Of a DNA stretch of 64,000 nt, positions 28,060-42,460 are shown piece after piece (position 1 is the stretch's first letter; every line of letters starts with the position of its first letter). The stretch lies in assembly GCF_009914755.1 (NCBI RefSeq), contig NC_060925.1, one strand, 5' to 3'. The translations under genes and the position numbers were made by a program. Origin of the DNA: the human T2T-CHM13v2.0 reference genome, Homo sapiens. The notes below the pieces were generated by a model, which made no database searches, was not told where the DNA came from, and saw only the letters and a program-made list of their open reading frames with translations.

Positions 28060-28661
28060 TAGATCATCACAATCCCTTTTAGTTAAGTCTGCTCACTGGG
28101 TAGATTTGTACCTAACTGCCCAACTGCCCAGGCTTTGGTGTTTTTCCCCATTCTGTGCTTTGGTGAGGAGATCCTGCGTTTTCTTTCCGTTTCCTTTGCC
28201 AGAAAGAGCTCCCTGTGGCAACATAGAAAATATCAACTCACTGATTTCCCCAGAAAGGGAAGAGTCCACAGCTTCAGAATGGTATCTGCCCTGGTGTCTG
28301 CATTCTGGTCAGGCGGCTGCGTTCAGCGTCTGTGCTCCCGGGCTGGGGTGCTTATCTGTAGTAGCCAGACGGCCTGGGCGCTCACAGTAAGTTAGGTTTA
28401 CATAGTGGAGAGGTGAGCAAGCAGATAGTCTGAAGCAAGTAGACAGAACACTCCAGTCAAGGTTTTCCAGAGGAAAGATTTTGAACCATCGTCAATTAAA
28501 TAAAACAGAATCTTCTCAAGATCACCAGAAAATACATAGCCAGGGAGATCCCAAGTATTGTGGAACCAAGCTAATTATAGTTACCTCCTATTTGCTTAGC
28601 ATTTTGTGCTTTTAAAAATGGGTCTTATTTCATATCTCATCTGATCTTAAATATCCTGTGA

Positions 28662-29012
<351 letters not shown>

Positions 29013-29104
29013 TGAGAAAACTGAAGCATTAGGTAGGCTAAGTGACATGGCCAAGGTCACACAGTTAATAGGGCAGGATCAGAATTTAGAATGCATGTTT
29101 TTTC

Positions 29105-29260
29105 TTTTAAAAACAACTTTATTCAGGTATAATTTATGTGCAATAAAATTCACTATTTGAAACCTATAGTTCAATGAGTTTTGACAAATGGTATATACTT
29201 GTGTAGCCACAATTATAATCAATAGGTTGAACATTTCTATCACCCCAAAAAGTCCCTTCA
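29105..29260 (-). mobile_element. Old L1 3'-end fragment
   Basis: ACAACTTTATTCAGGTATAATTT...TCAATGAGTTTTGACAAATG...CACCCCAAAAAGTCCC. Confidence 0.75.
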
Positions 29261-32200
29261 CGGTCCTTGGCTTTAATCTTCCTCTTTCCTTCCCCAACTC
29301 CCCCTGTCTTTTGATGTCTAATGCAATGCTCTTTTCACTGTCCCACACTCGGACTTGACAGCCCTTCAGCCATATCCTTCTGGAGAGAGTCCTGGCTGGC
29401 AGCCAGCCTGCCTCATCATGTTGAGTTATGAGAGTGAATGGGAAGTTAGTGGGTTGCTTACTCCATTGTTAGTTCCTTCCTTCCCTTCTTTTACCAGCTC
29501 CAGGCTATAGAAAAATTATGTGGGTTCTCCTTCCCAGGAGAGCTTGAAAAACAGGACAGCAGCTCACCTGTCTGCTCTTGCTTCCTGGTAGCCTGCTGCT
29601 GGGGAGGGGTGGGAGTGAGCAGGAGGTGGTGGGGTGGTGGACTAGGCGACCTCTAGAGGATGCTCTACTTCTGTATCGTCTGCTCAGTCTCGATCTCCTT
29701 AGAAACCAGCTAGCTCTCTGCTGCCTAGTTGCAGTTCCCCAAGGCTTTAAGCAGTCTGAATTCCATATCTGATGAATGAATCCCAAAGGTGTTGAAGATC
29801 CCAGTTCTGAAAAATGAGCAAACCCCAAGTTTTATAATAGAAACTTTCATAGCAGATCGGGTCCTAGACAGATCCCTCCCTCTGTAACTGAGTTAGGTTT
29901 TGAGGGGAGATATCCCCCATTATACTGTTCCTAAATCCTAGATTTTGACTGTAGTGTTCGGGACATTCCGGAGAGTCACATTGTTTACCCAGGTGCTGGA
30001 CCAGAGTTGCTCCCCGGCGTTGCTGTGTGGTATCCAGCAAAGGCAGGTTGGGAGCCTGCTCCTTTTCATAGCCAGCTTTGCCTCCATACCAGCAAGATGG
30101 AAGATAGGTGCCTTCACTAAGCCCCTCAGGTGGCCACAGGATATGATCCAGAATGGTGGTCTCTACTTTTCTATTTGCTCCTATTTAGCCACCCAGTTTG
30201 GGAGTAGCCCTGTGTATTATGATTATCTCTTTCATTCATTTTGGGCTATTTGAGTTTTTAGGGCCCTTTCCTATCCATTATCTCCTGTTCTCAATAAGTC
30301 TGATATCTTCTGTTAGAGTAAAAGCTCCATCTCCTCTGATCTAAGACAGCTGCAAGGACAGGACAGACTCAGATTTCTTCTCTGCAAAGGCTCCTGTTAA
30401 ATCTTGGGCCCTATGGTATTGATTTTCTTCTAGTTATCTCTACAAATTTTTCTGGCTTTGCTGAAGGGGGAAAAAATCACCAGACTGCATGCTTGAGCTT
30501 CAGGTTTCTCCTTAGCTGGCAGCCTCAACCAGAAAAAAATTCTATTTGAGAGCACTGAGCCTCAGGCACTGGTTTTGCCCTGTACTCCCCAGTGTCTAAC
30601 TCTTAACAGCTGGTGGCCATCCCTGGCCTCCATCTTTACTTTGCTGCATACCTCAGCTTGATGAGTCCTTGATGTTGACTCCTTGACCTTACTGCCATCT
30701 TCTTTCCCCTACAGGGGCCTCTTGAACTATGGGGAGCTTAGAAAACAGTGGGCTTCCTGTGTTTTGTCTACCAGCAAAGCTGGGTACCTGAATCCCCATG
30801 TGACAGTGCTGCATGGCTGACTCCAGTATTCTTCGGGAGACACAGTAGCAGGAACAGAGACTTAGTTGAAAGCCCCAAGTGTGTATATCTGAAGTGTTTG
30901 TACAAAGATGGGGGCAGAGAGCTGCTCATGTCTGCAAAGAGGGACAGTCCCACTTTTGCAGAGGTGACAGTCCACAGCAATGCTGTCTCTTCCATTTCTC
31001 ATTGGGGTTAGGTTTCCAAAGGTCCATGAAGGTTTTATTCGTTTTCGTGCCCCAAGAGAGCTTTCCATAGTAATGAAAGAAATGTTAAGAACTGCAGGAA
31101 ATGGGTAAGATTATAGATGGCCAAAGAAAGTGGCAAGGAACAAAAAAAGACAATGTATTTTAAAGGAAAACTTTTTGGAGCTATTTCATGGATGCTGCTG
31201 GTCACCTGGGGAAATCTTGGATTTATTTGACAGTTCCCATTTTCCACTTAGGCTTCATGTATACATGGGTTTGGGAGCTAGGAAGGGGAATAATACCCTC
31301 CCCAAAGAGCTGTGGCTGAGCTCCCAGTCCCCAGGACCAAATTGAGCTGTTGCAGCTGGGAAGCAGATTGGTGCAGCCCTCCCCAAAATGCTCACAGCCC
31401 TGTGGTTATTTCCTGTCTTTTTCCCCTTGTATATTCCTCTTTGCAGCTTGTATCTTCCCTTTCTACAGGAAATCTCAGCCGCCTAGCCCATGGGCCTGGT
31501 TGGGCTGCTGTCTCCTTCCTTTATTCTTCATAGCCCTTAATCACTTCTCATTAGTGGACTCCCTGGGAGGGAGGGAAGAAGGGTTTTGTTCTGATGCCGG
31601 CCTCCTGGAAGGGCTGTATCCCACCAAGACAGATGGCTGCCTAGCCTATTTTTAACTGTCTCTGGGGAAGAAGATTCCACAACCTATTTTGAAACCTGTT
31701 TCATTGATTGACAGCTTTCCAATTAGGAATTTCTTGCTGATACCTGACTTAAAATTTGACAGCTATAGTTGAAACTCATTTCCTTTTGTTTCTTTGAAAT
31801 CATAGAGTTTGGGAAAGAGAGGGATTTTAATTAGAAGTCGTCTAGGCCTACCCCTAATGAAGAAAATAAGTTGAAGTTGAAACTGAAAATGCCTCCTCAT
31901 CCTCTCATTGAGGATCCCATCAGTTTTGGGATCTGCCTTTGAAATCACACATTTGGGTACCATTCTGTAAGAATCAATTTAATTTTCAGGGGAAAAAAAG
32001 TGTTCTGGAGCTGGAAGTTTAGAGCGCAAGTAAGTCGTATAGTAAGTCGTTAATACGACTTACTCTATTTTGTTTGTAGTGAGAAAGTTAAATGGTGCTT
32101 ATAGAATTACCTTGCCTCTATTGGCAGAGAGTAAAAATAAACTGAGCTCTCAATATACAAAGACTTCCCCAGTTCTTTTCCTTTCGCTCATATCAATGCC

Positions 32201-33061
32201 TGTCTTTAAAGAAAAAAAGAGGGTTATTTTTCTCTCCTCCATCAGTGGGATTCTCTGTATTTTAAATATCTTTTTTAAGACTAATGTCAGGTGACTCAAA
32301 TTCCACTGAAGTCTCTCTTTTTAGTTGTCTTTCTGCCGCTGCAGACTTCTCTTGACATGAGACTCTGTGCTGCTTCTCTTGACAGACTGCATCTCGATGG
32401 CAGAACACTGGTAAGAAGCTAATGATGTTGGTTCCGTTTCAGTGTGTGGAATCTTGTTATGTGGTATAGAAGTCCAGCATTCTAGGCGAATAAACCGAAA
32501 TGTATTAGACTGACTATAAAGGGGTCTTGGGAAGGGATCTTACTCCTCTTTGATAGTTGGTACTTGTACCTTTTCTCAACACCTGCGACATTTTCTTTTT
32601 CCAGAGATAGCATCGCATGTCAAGGTGGAACATCAGATGCTTGGATCAACCAATGAGTTGTATCCAGACCTGTGACCAAAACTGAGGTGGCATTTGGGAT
32701 ATCATTCACCTTTTGGTCTGTGCTTCAGGCCATGAGTAGTTAGTGTATAGCGCATGTTCACAGGCATTAGCATCTCAGTCTTTTGAAATATGGCTAAAAT
32801 TTAGTATTCCACCTGCACTTGATCTACTTGAGAAGTATTTAACAGGTCTATTTTATAAAATCCCAAGGCAGCCTTTTCTGCTACCTGCTTGGATTGGGCT
32901 GCATGAATATAAACTCATTTTGCTATCAGCCTGAGAAATAGGCAGGTATACTGGAAACACCTTCTTATCTGGGGCAATTGGACTAGTAATTGGTCAGTTA
33001 ATTCCAAAAGTCAGTTAAAACAGAGAGTCTTTAAAAACGAAGACAAAACTGTTCTCAAGCA

Positions 33062-33200
33062 TTTTATTTATTTTAATTTTTTTTTGAGACAGGGTCTCTC
33101 TATTATTGCCCCAGCTGGTCTCTAACTCCTGGGCTCAAGCCATCCTACAGTCTCAGCCTCCTGAGTAGCTGGGATTACAGGCACATGTCATCATCTAGCT
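33062..33200 (-). mobile_element. Alu monomer (FLAM-like)
   Basis: Single antisense arm. Confidence 0.85.
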
Positions 33201-33232
33201 AGCATTTTATTTTAACTTAAAAATATGTAAAT

Positions 33233-33551
<319 letters not shown>

Positions 33552-34089
33552 TCAAGTAGAGTTCAGTTGACTTTCTTTCATAAATTATACACTTAACATT
33601 TGATCTGTGATTTCCAGTTTCAGTTTAAGTGAACCAAGTTCTTAAATACATTTGAGAAATGAAGGGCAGAATTCTTCCAGATTTTTAAGCTCCACCACTA
33701 CAACCTTTTACTGTTGTCTTGCCCATATCTAATTCAGCAGCAATTTTTTTTAGCAACTTGCCTTCAAATTTCTTCCAAGCATTCAACCTCTTTTTCATAG
33801 AAATAACTTTTTTTATACTCATATTTCACTTGTTTGTATTATATAATAATTTAATATGTAATTAAAATAACAAGTATACCTAGCGTGAACTAACTACTGA
33901 CCCTGAAGCAGCCAACCTGGCTGGTGGGAGTAGATGTGAGTAATACACAACCAGCCTCCAGTGTGCTATGCAACTCAGCCAGTTTATTTTGAAGAGAAGT
34001 TGGTATGTCACATAAGCTGGCAAGTCAGTTAAGAAAGTATCACCCGTATGTTTCTCTCCTTTTTGCCTCTACTGATTGCTATGGGATTT

Positions 34090-34230
34090 TTATCTTAGCA
34101 CCTGTTATCATAATTCCTCTATTAAACTATAAGCTTTTGGATGGCAGGGCCCTTTTCTTACTTATGTGTGTATCTCCAGTGTCTCCTGATATAGTGTCTG
34201 GCCTATAGTAGGTGCTCAGAAGTACTAACT
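34090..34230 (+). mobile_element. L2 3' fragment
   Basis: ACTATAAGCTTTTGGATGGCAGGG...AGTGTCTGGCCTATAGTAGGTGCTCA. Confidence 0.7.
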
Positions 34231-35627
34231 AGACATATATATGTCTTAGTTCAGTGCTATATATTTGTTGGTGCCAAACAGCTCTTTATTGAATAGATGG
34301 ATATATGTATGTATTACTGCACATAATGTACTCAAAATCCAAATGAGAACCTATAGAGTATCTATTTTTTAGGATTTTTGCCATACTGGTTCCTTGTGTT
34401 TGCATGAAAAACTGAAAATTGACTGTGGAGCTTTTAGGCTTGGGTTGGAACAATATGTATTTTAGAAAGATTACTCTCTTAATAATAACTACAACTCATT
34501 CTTAGAATAATAAAAATCATATCAGTACTAAGTAATATTTATCAACTGCTTACTGTGTGCCAGGCAGTATGCTAAGTGTGTATGTTATCTTAGTTCATAT
34601 CTACAGCCCTGAAAGAAGACACAACAAGGCATGTTGTGTTATTATTTCCATTTATAGATGAGGTCTCTTTGGGAGCCAGCAAGGAGGTGGTACAAGGTCT
34701 AATCTTTGAACAGTTGAGAAATGGGTAGTTTGTTTTCATAGTGCTGCTTCTTATTTTCAAGGTTGAGGGCCCTTCTAGGCGAGGTGAAAGGAACCCTTAA
34801 ATCTAGAGACTGCCTAGAGGGAGAAACTGACACTTACTTTTGGCTTTCTGGGAACCAGGGTAGGTCCTCTCTTAATTGAAGAGAATTAATAGGATCCTGT
34901 GGCTGGGCATTGGGCAGAGTGTTTGAATAGCTGCTGACCTTGGTAGGTAAAGCCAAAGTGGCAGTGAAAACAAGCTACTGTGGGACATTAGACCCTGCCT
35001 GTCACTTTTCTTCCCAGGCCACTCACTTGTTGGAGGGCCCTTCTGAAACTCCTCTTGCTCTGTAGTCTGGATGCTTGTGAACAAGCTGCTTGCAGGTGCC
35101 GAAACAAACAGCAGTGTGGGTCTCAGGGCCTGGGCTTGGAAGCTGGGCAGAGGGTGGAAGGGCTCCATTTGGGAGCAGTGTTGATGGAAGTAATTTTTCT
35201 AGCTGAGGTGTGAGGTTGGTTCTGAGCTGAATTTAAGAGAAGGCTATGGTCTTTTGTCCTTCCACACTTTTGGGACCCAGCAGATACTACAAATGCAATC
35301 TTTACAAACCCACTCACTGCCAGAAATGAATCTAAAAAAGTGCTAGTCTGTGGGCCTCTTGGTCAGGAAGGTGACAGCAGTGGCAACAGCAGAAAAACCA
35401 ATCAAACAAACAAAATGCCTGTGGGCTGGCAAACAGAATTTCTTTGCAAGGTTAATTCTGAATGTCAGACTCTTTCCTTTTTTGTAGGTTGGAAGGAGGC
35501 AGCAGCAAAGGGAAAGAGATAGCAGTTGGAGGCCACCTTCTTTAGTCCCCCTTCCCCAAAGAAGAGCCGTAGCTAGTATTGTGGTTGGCATTAAATTGAT
35601 ATAAAGACACCCTGGCCTGGAAGTTAA

Positions 35628-35937
<310 letters not shown>

Positions 35938-36162
35938 AAATGAAAAGATTTTTGATGTACTTTTTAGCCAGAGGGAGTTTATGCTGCTGTGTGGCCAGTT
36001 TTTCCACATGTCTGCAACAGTTACAATTTTTGACAGATATCTTGAGAAGATTATAGATTTTGATAGAGGCAGTAACTTTATTAGCAAGACTGATTTCATG
36101 TTAGAATGAAATCTCTGGGTCTTTTTCGGATTACTTTATGTTCCTTAAAAAGAAAGACATTG

Positions 36163-36537
<375 letters not shown>

Positions 36538-37080
36538 CTAGGGGGAGAATTTTGCAGTGCTTTTGAGCATGTCTGTGTAAATGTGCTGTACTCGTCACTA
36601 TGGAATGGTTCTCCAGTTTGGCTGTAAACTCATGGAGCTGGCTCCTTGAAATGCTAGCGTCCTAGCCATGCACGCATGCAAGCAAGCAGAATTTGTTCAC
36701 GCCTAGGCCATATGTGGATGTCACTCTTCTTTAGTTTCATATCCAGTTTCTGCTTGCCTGAGCTAGAAATGAAGTCATCCAGCACTCACAAAACCTCTGG
36801 CCTTAGAGGCTTAAAAACAAAAACAAAACAAACATAGCAACTATCCCATACCACCTTAGTGAGGTGGATATTATTGTCCTCTTTTCAGAAGTGAGGAAAC
36901 TAAGGCTCAGAAATTAAGATACGTGCTCATGGTAACACAGGTCCTAGGAACTGGGATCCAGGATCCCAAAGTCTGCCTCTAAAGCCTATGCTTTTCCCAT
37001 AGGGCTGCTGAACCTGACCTTTGCACTTTGCCATTTATGTTACTTCTTCCATTCCTTGGAAGTAAATTGAAATGGGTTTG

Positions 37081-37398
37081 GGTTGGCGCTGTGGCTCACA
37101 CCTGTAATCCCACCACTTTGGGAGGCTGAGGTGGGTGGATTGCTTGAACCCAGGAGTTCGAGAGCAGCCTGGGCAACATAAGGAGACCCCATCTCTACAG
37201 ATAATTTAAAAATTAGCTGGACTTGGTGGCACCCACCTGTGGTCCCAGCTACTTGGGAGGCTGAGGCAGGAGGATCACCTAAGCCCGGAAGGTCGAGGCT
37301 ACGGTGAGCTGTAATCATGCCTCTACACTCTGGCCTGGGTGAAAGAGCAAGACCCTGTCTCAAAAACAAGCTAACAAAAAACCCCCTAAAAAACAAAA
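37081..37398 (+). mobile_element. AluJ, full length, TSD GAAATGGGTTTG
   Basis: Perfect 12-bp flanking duplication. Confidence 0.94.
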
Positions 37399-38086
37399 GA
37401 AATGGGTTTGAGAGAGAAGAAGAGAGAGAAACTTAACTGTGGGTGTTCATAGTTAGGTACTCGTGGAGGACCACCTACCATCAGACGGGAGTGGCTAGCC
37501 CTTGTTTTCATTTATGCAGACAGACTTCCTTTTCTACCTCTGCTGGTTATACCAGGTACAAATAGGGATGCTGCAGTAGAGCAGAGGAGCTAAACGTGGC
37601 TTCCTCTGACTTACATAATAAAATAAGAATCTCCCCAATGGCCCTTTCCTGTCTGCTGGTCTCTGTGATGAAGTGGGCCACCCTAGGGACAGCTTCACTT
37701 AAGGGCCTCCCCAGGGTTATCAGGTCCACAAAGGGTCTTGGGATCAAATGTACAGCTAAATTGATGAGATCAATTCATTAAGATAAAGACTTCTACTTCC
37801 GAAGCAGTATGGTGCTTGGGTCAGTGTCTCTTTAGAAATTAATGTATAGATAAAATATTTCATATTAGGGAGAGCTCTGTGCTGCCCTTTCCCAAAGCTT
37901 TGGTTATTTGATGGGAGGGAAAGTCTTCTCGAACCTATGTCAGAATATTCCGCTTTGAAAGATGAGGGTTTTTCTTGAGGCTAGTTTTGTACCTGCTGTT
38001 TCTTTTAGAAATGATTGCTCTATGGATTTAAAAGGTGACCCAAATTACTTTTTTATTATTATTATTTTTTAATGCTGGGAGGAGTT

Positions 38087-38090
<4 letters not shown>

Positions 38091-38134
<44 letters not shown>
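38091..38134. repeat. (TG)22 microsatellite
   Basis: Read directly. Confidence 0.97.
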
Positions 38135-38138
<4 letters not shown>

Positions 38139-40440
38139 ATCTCCTTCAACTCTGACCACCTGGAAGTCAGCCTAATCTCTGCCCTCGTGTTGATCTTTAA
38201 TTCAACATTTAATTACCTATCTTGGTATCCATATGAATTTGATTGTTTTTTTGGCTTTTTTTGAACTCATAAAAGGTATCCAAGTTCCTGGAGGGCATAG
38301 TGCCCATCTCCTCCCATCCACCAGTAGACATTCTTTTCCAAAAGACACATGGCAAGTACCCCTCACACCTGAGCTGTGGTGGTTTGGGTTTGTCCCCTTT
38401 GCTTTTGTTTGCAGAACACCTTTTACTCCTTTTGCACTTGATGGTTCTGTTGTACTTGTAAGGAAAATCAGTTGAAATAAAAAGATATTAAATTGAGAGA
38501 CAAAAAGATGCTGCCACACTCCCAGTTAGAGGCAGACTTTAGTCTATATTTTCAGATTTATTTTGATTATAAAGTGTAGTCTCCCCCCGCCACCCCCTGT
38601 CTGCTTTTCTTTGTAGTTCTGTAATCAGGAGTCTGTTATTCTCTTTCCAATGCTATAATTAATAGTCTGGTCTAAAATATAAAAACCTCAAAGTTATTAA
38701 TGGAAATGTCACTACTCACCTCATTTTTACAGAGGCCGCTTGGCCTCTAAGTCATTGAGTCTTTGGACAAACATCATTTAGCATTGACTATGTGCAAGAA
38801 CTGTGCTGTATGCTGGGGATTTAAAGACAAAGAAATACAGTTTCTGCCTCTGAGCGTGCATCATCTCACTGGTGAGGCTCACATACAAACAAACAGGCAG
38901 AATTCAGTGTAATTGAGAAATGTTGTAATTGAGTTATATATAGGGTTCTTATTTTGCACGTCTCTGTAGAGTAGTAGTTTCCATACTGTGCGGTATTTGC
39001 CTGTTCACTTGTCTGTTCCTTTGTGAGCTCTCGAGGGCCAGGAACAAATATGGATATAAACATGGAACCATGAGCGAATAGATGTTTCTTATCAGTGCTC
39101 GGCCTGTCTTACGAGGTGTTCCATAGTGGAACCACCTGGGAAACAATTGATTTTGCATTCTTGTTTGTTAGCTAAATGCCTGATTTGCTTTTTAGGATTC
39201 TTTTAGGTTAAATCATATGAAATTACCATTTTGTTGATAATTTCACATGGTTCCATGTAATAAAAAGACTTCTGGTTTTAGGTCATGCACAGAGGTGAAG
39301 TTCTGCACAGGTACTGGGCATCCTATATGTATTTCCACTAGGTTACTATTTCCAAGTGTGAGTCTCTATTTGGAACTTCAGAGAGGGAGCCTGTGGCCCA
39401 GCTACTCCTGTGTCACTCAGCTCTGGAGTGGAATTCTTCTAGGTAGTGCCTGTTTGTAGACTGGACAGGGAATAAAACCACTACTCTGTGCCCGTTTATA
39501 AATATTTGCATTTACCTTGGAGAATGTACAAGACCCGGGCTTCATGCGTGTGTGAGAGAAAATAGCAAGTGAAAAGGATGTGTACACAGCAGCATGAATG
39601 GGGTGCTATTCTTAGCTGGGTCTCTAACCTAGAGAACAGGAAACAAGATGCTTCTGAATGTGGACTATGGCTGCCCCTATGCTAGAGCCAAGAGGCTTCG
39701 AGTCATAGGGAAACTCATGACAGTTGCTAGTGTCCTTCAGACCTTCCTCTTTTGTAGAAAGTTTCATTCTTTGTGTGTCTCAGACTGAGATGGAGGAGGG
39801 GTGACTCTCTTTTCTAAGGGATCTAGAGAGAAAGGGCAGATGTAGTCTTGAGCAGTGGGCTTCTCAGCTGTGCTGCTTCTTCCATGGAGACCATCTGGAT
39901 CTACTCGGTTGATGGAGCAGCTCCTCTCATTCTGAGTGGGTTTAGCATTTGAGAAATAGAGGGGCACCTTGGCTGACTGGACTAAACCTTCTTTGGCAAT
40001 TTATAATAAATGCTCTCTGATTTATTGTTTATTCTTTCACATTGAGGTTGAACCTGATTTGCCTTTGAAAGTTAAGAGCAGGACTAGGACTAGAACTAGA
40101 AATGCCTGATGTATACTGTAGCACACAGTGGAGCGTTGTCCACTTTTTAGTCACTTGGTGACTACCGATTAATTGATTTGAATATATCAATGTCTGGCAG
40201 TTGGACCAATTACTCAGCTTCCCAATCTGATGGTGTGGTTGATAGAAATGTTTCCTGGTGGCATTTTCCCACAGGATTAGGATGGTGGTGGCATTAGCCA
40301 GGATCTCTTTTGTCACTGCCACTGTTACTGAATGATCTGTATTTTGAACTTTCTTGACTTAGTATAGTATTATACATCCAGCCCTTACCCTAAATGCTTA
40401 TTATTTAATATTGACAACTTACAGGTTAATGTTTTAAATC

Positions 40441-40843
<403 letters not shown>

Positions 40844-42229
40844 TAAACCATTTAATTTTTCCATTTCTCTAAATGGGAAAAAAAATTTGTTTTTGTTTCT
40901 TTTTTACTCAGAACACCAAGCCCCTTCAGCCACCTCAAAAGAGGTTATAGCCAGGGCGCCCCTCTTAGAAGAAAAGACATTTTTTTTTTTCCTTAAGATT
41001 GGTGCATGGAAGCTTAGAGCCTCATTTCACCACCTCTCCTGATTTGATATAGATTTATGAGAAATGAATATAGGGAAAATACTGGCTGTAGACTTGACAA
41101 CTGTTAACTTGGTGAACAGCATGTTCTTGTTTATGTTAACTGTGTACTTTGACTGTTCAAGATCCCCATTACTTTTCACTTGTCATGCCACATCATTGCT
41201 GCAAGTTAGCCTCCTTAGATAAGATACATGGCAGTTAGCTATCTTCACCTGATGGGGAGGAATAGGGTAGAGAAAATAATGTGACCAGCTGTTGTCAGCT
41301 TCTCCGTGGAAGTGGTAACCATGTCAGAGCCAGGCCCTGGAGACCTGGCTTGGAAAAGAATGAAGTTTTCCTACTACGAACTTCTGTAGAGCCCTAGACC
41401 TTTCCATCTTAGTGCCGAGTTAAATGAGTCACGTAGCCTTCAGGTAAAGTCATTTCCAAGGGATTGTGAGAATGTGCCCAGGTTGGTTTGGACTGTGTCA
41501 CACTTACTTGTACTGGCTTATCTTTGCTACTAATTTTTTTGTGTGTGTTATTGTTTTTCTAACTATTGTTGATGATTTGAGTGATGCGAAAGATTTTGAT
41601 GATGGTAACTTTCTATAAGAGATGTAGAAGCAAGAGGCCCAGAGAATTGATCTTGCCCTTCATCTGACACATTGTGACCAGTTTGTTGAAGATGATAAGG
41701 CCTGGAATTGTCACTTCGAATGTCTTCTTAATCTGGGAAATTTGAAGAGGTCTGCAGCAGGGAGACTGGTCAGGGAAGTAACTTTGCAAAATAAAATCTT
41801 CATACTGATGCAATCCCAGAGAACTTGCCTTTGGGTTTGTGATTGCAAAGTGTTGAATCAGTCTTTGGTGTGGATACAGAATATTTGAAGCTAGTTGAAG
41901 TGTAGGGGTGTTGGGACAGGAGAAATGATGAGATGAAGTCTTATCAGAGGCTGAAGGTCACCGGATATTTTCCTAGTAAAGGTTCCTTTGATGTGGAATT
42001 TATCCGTTTAGCCCACCTAATTGGAGTTATCTGGTTTCTGTCCCTGAAGATTCTGCTGTTGGTCCTGGACTACTTAATTCTGTTTGCTCACCAAATCGGT
42101 GACATAAGTTACAAGTTATGAGATTTAATGTTTAGAGTATGGTTTTGGATTATAGGTTCCTTGCATTCTTAAGTTAGCAGAAGGAAACCAAGAGAAGCAG
42201 CATGGTACAAACAAAACCCCAAACAAGTG

Positions 42230-42460
42230 CTAATGTCAGAGAGACCTGGGTTCAAATCCTAGCTATGCCACATATAAGTTTTATCATGAGAGTAAATTGC
42301 GTAATCTCCCAGAACCTCAGTGTTCTTGTTGCTAAATGTGCACAAAATAACTGGCTATCTTATAGAGACGTTGTGAAGTTAGAGTGAGTGAAGGTGACAT
42401 GCCTAGTAAGGACCTGGCACGTAGAAGCACACAATCAGCTTTAACTGTTTCTGTTATTAG
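42230..42460. mobile_element. MIR SINE
   Basis: AGACCTGGGTTCAAATCCTAGCT...CCTCAGT...CCTGGCACGTAG. Confidence 0.7.
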
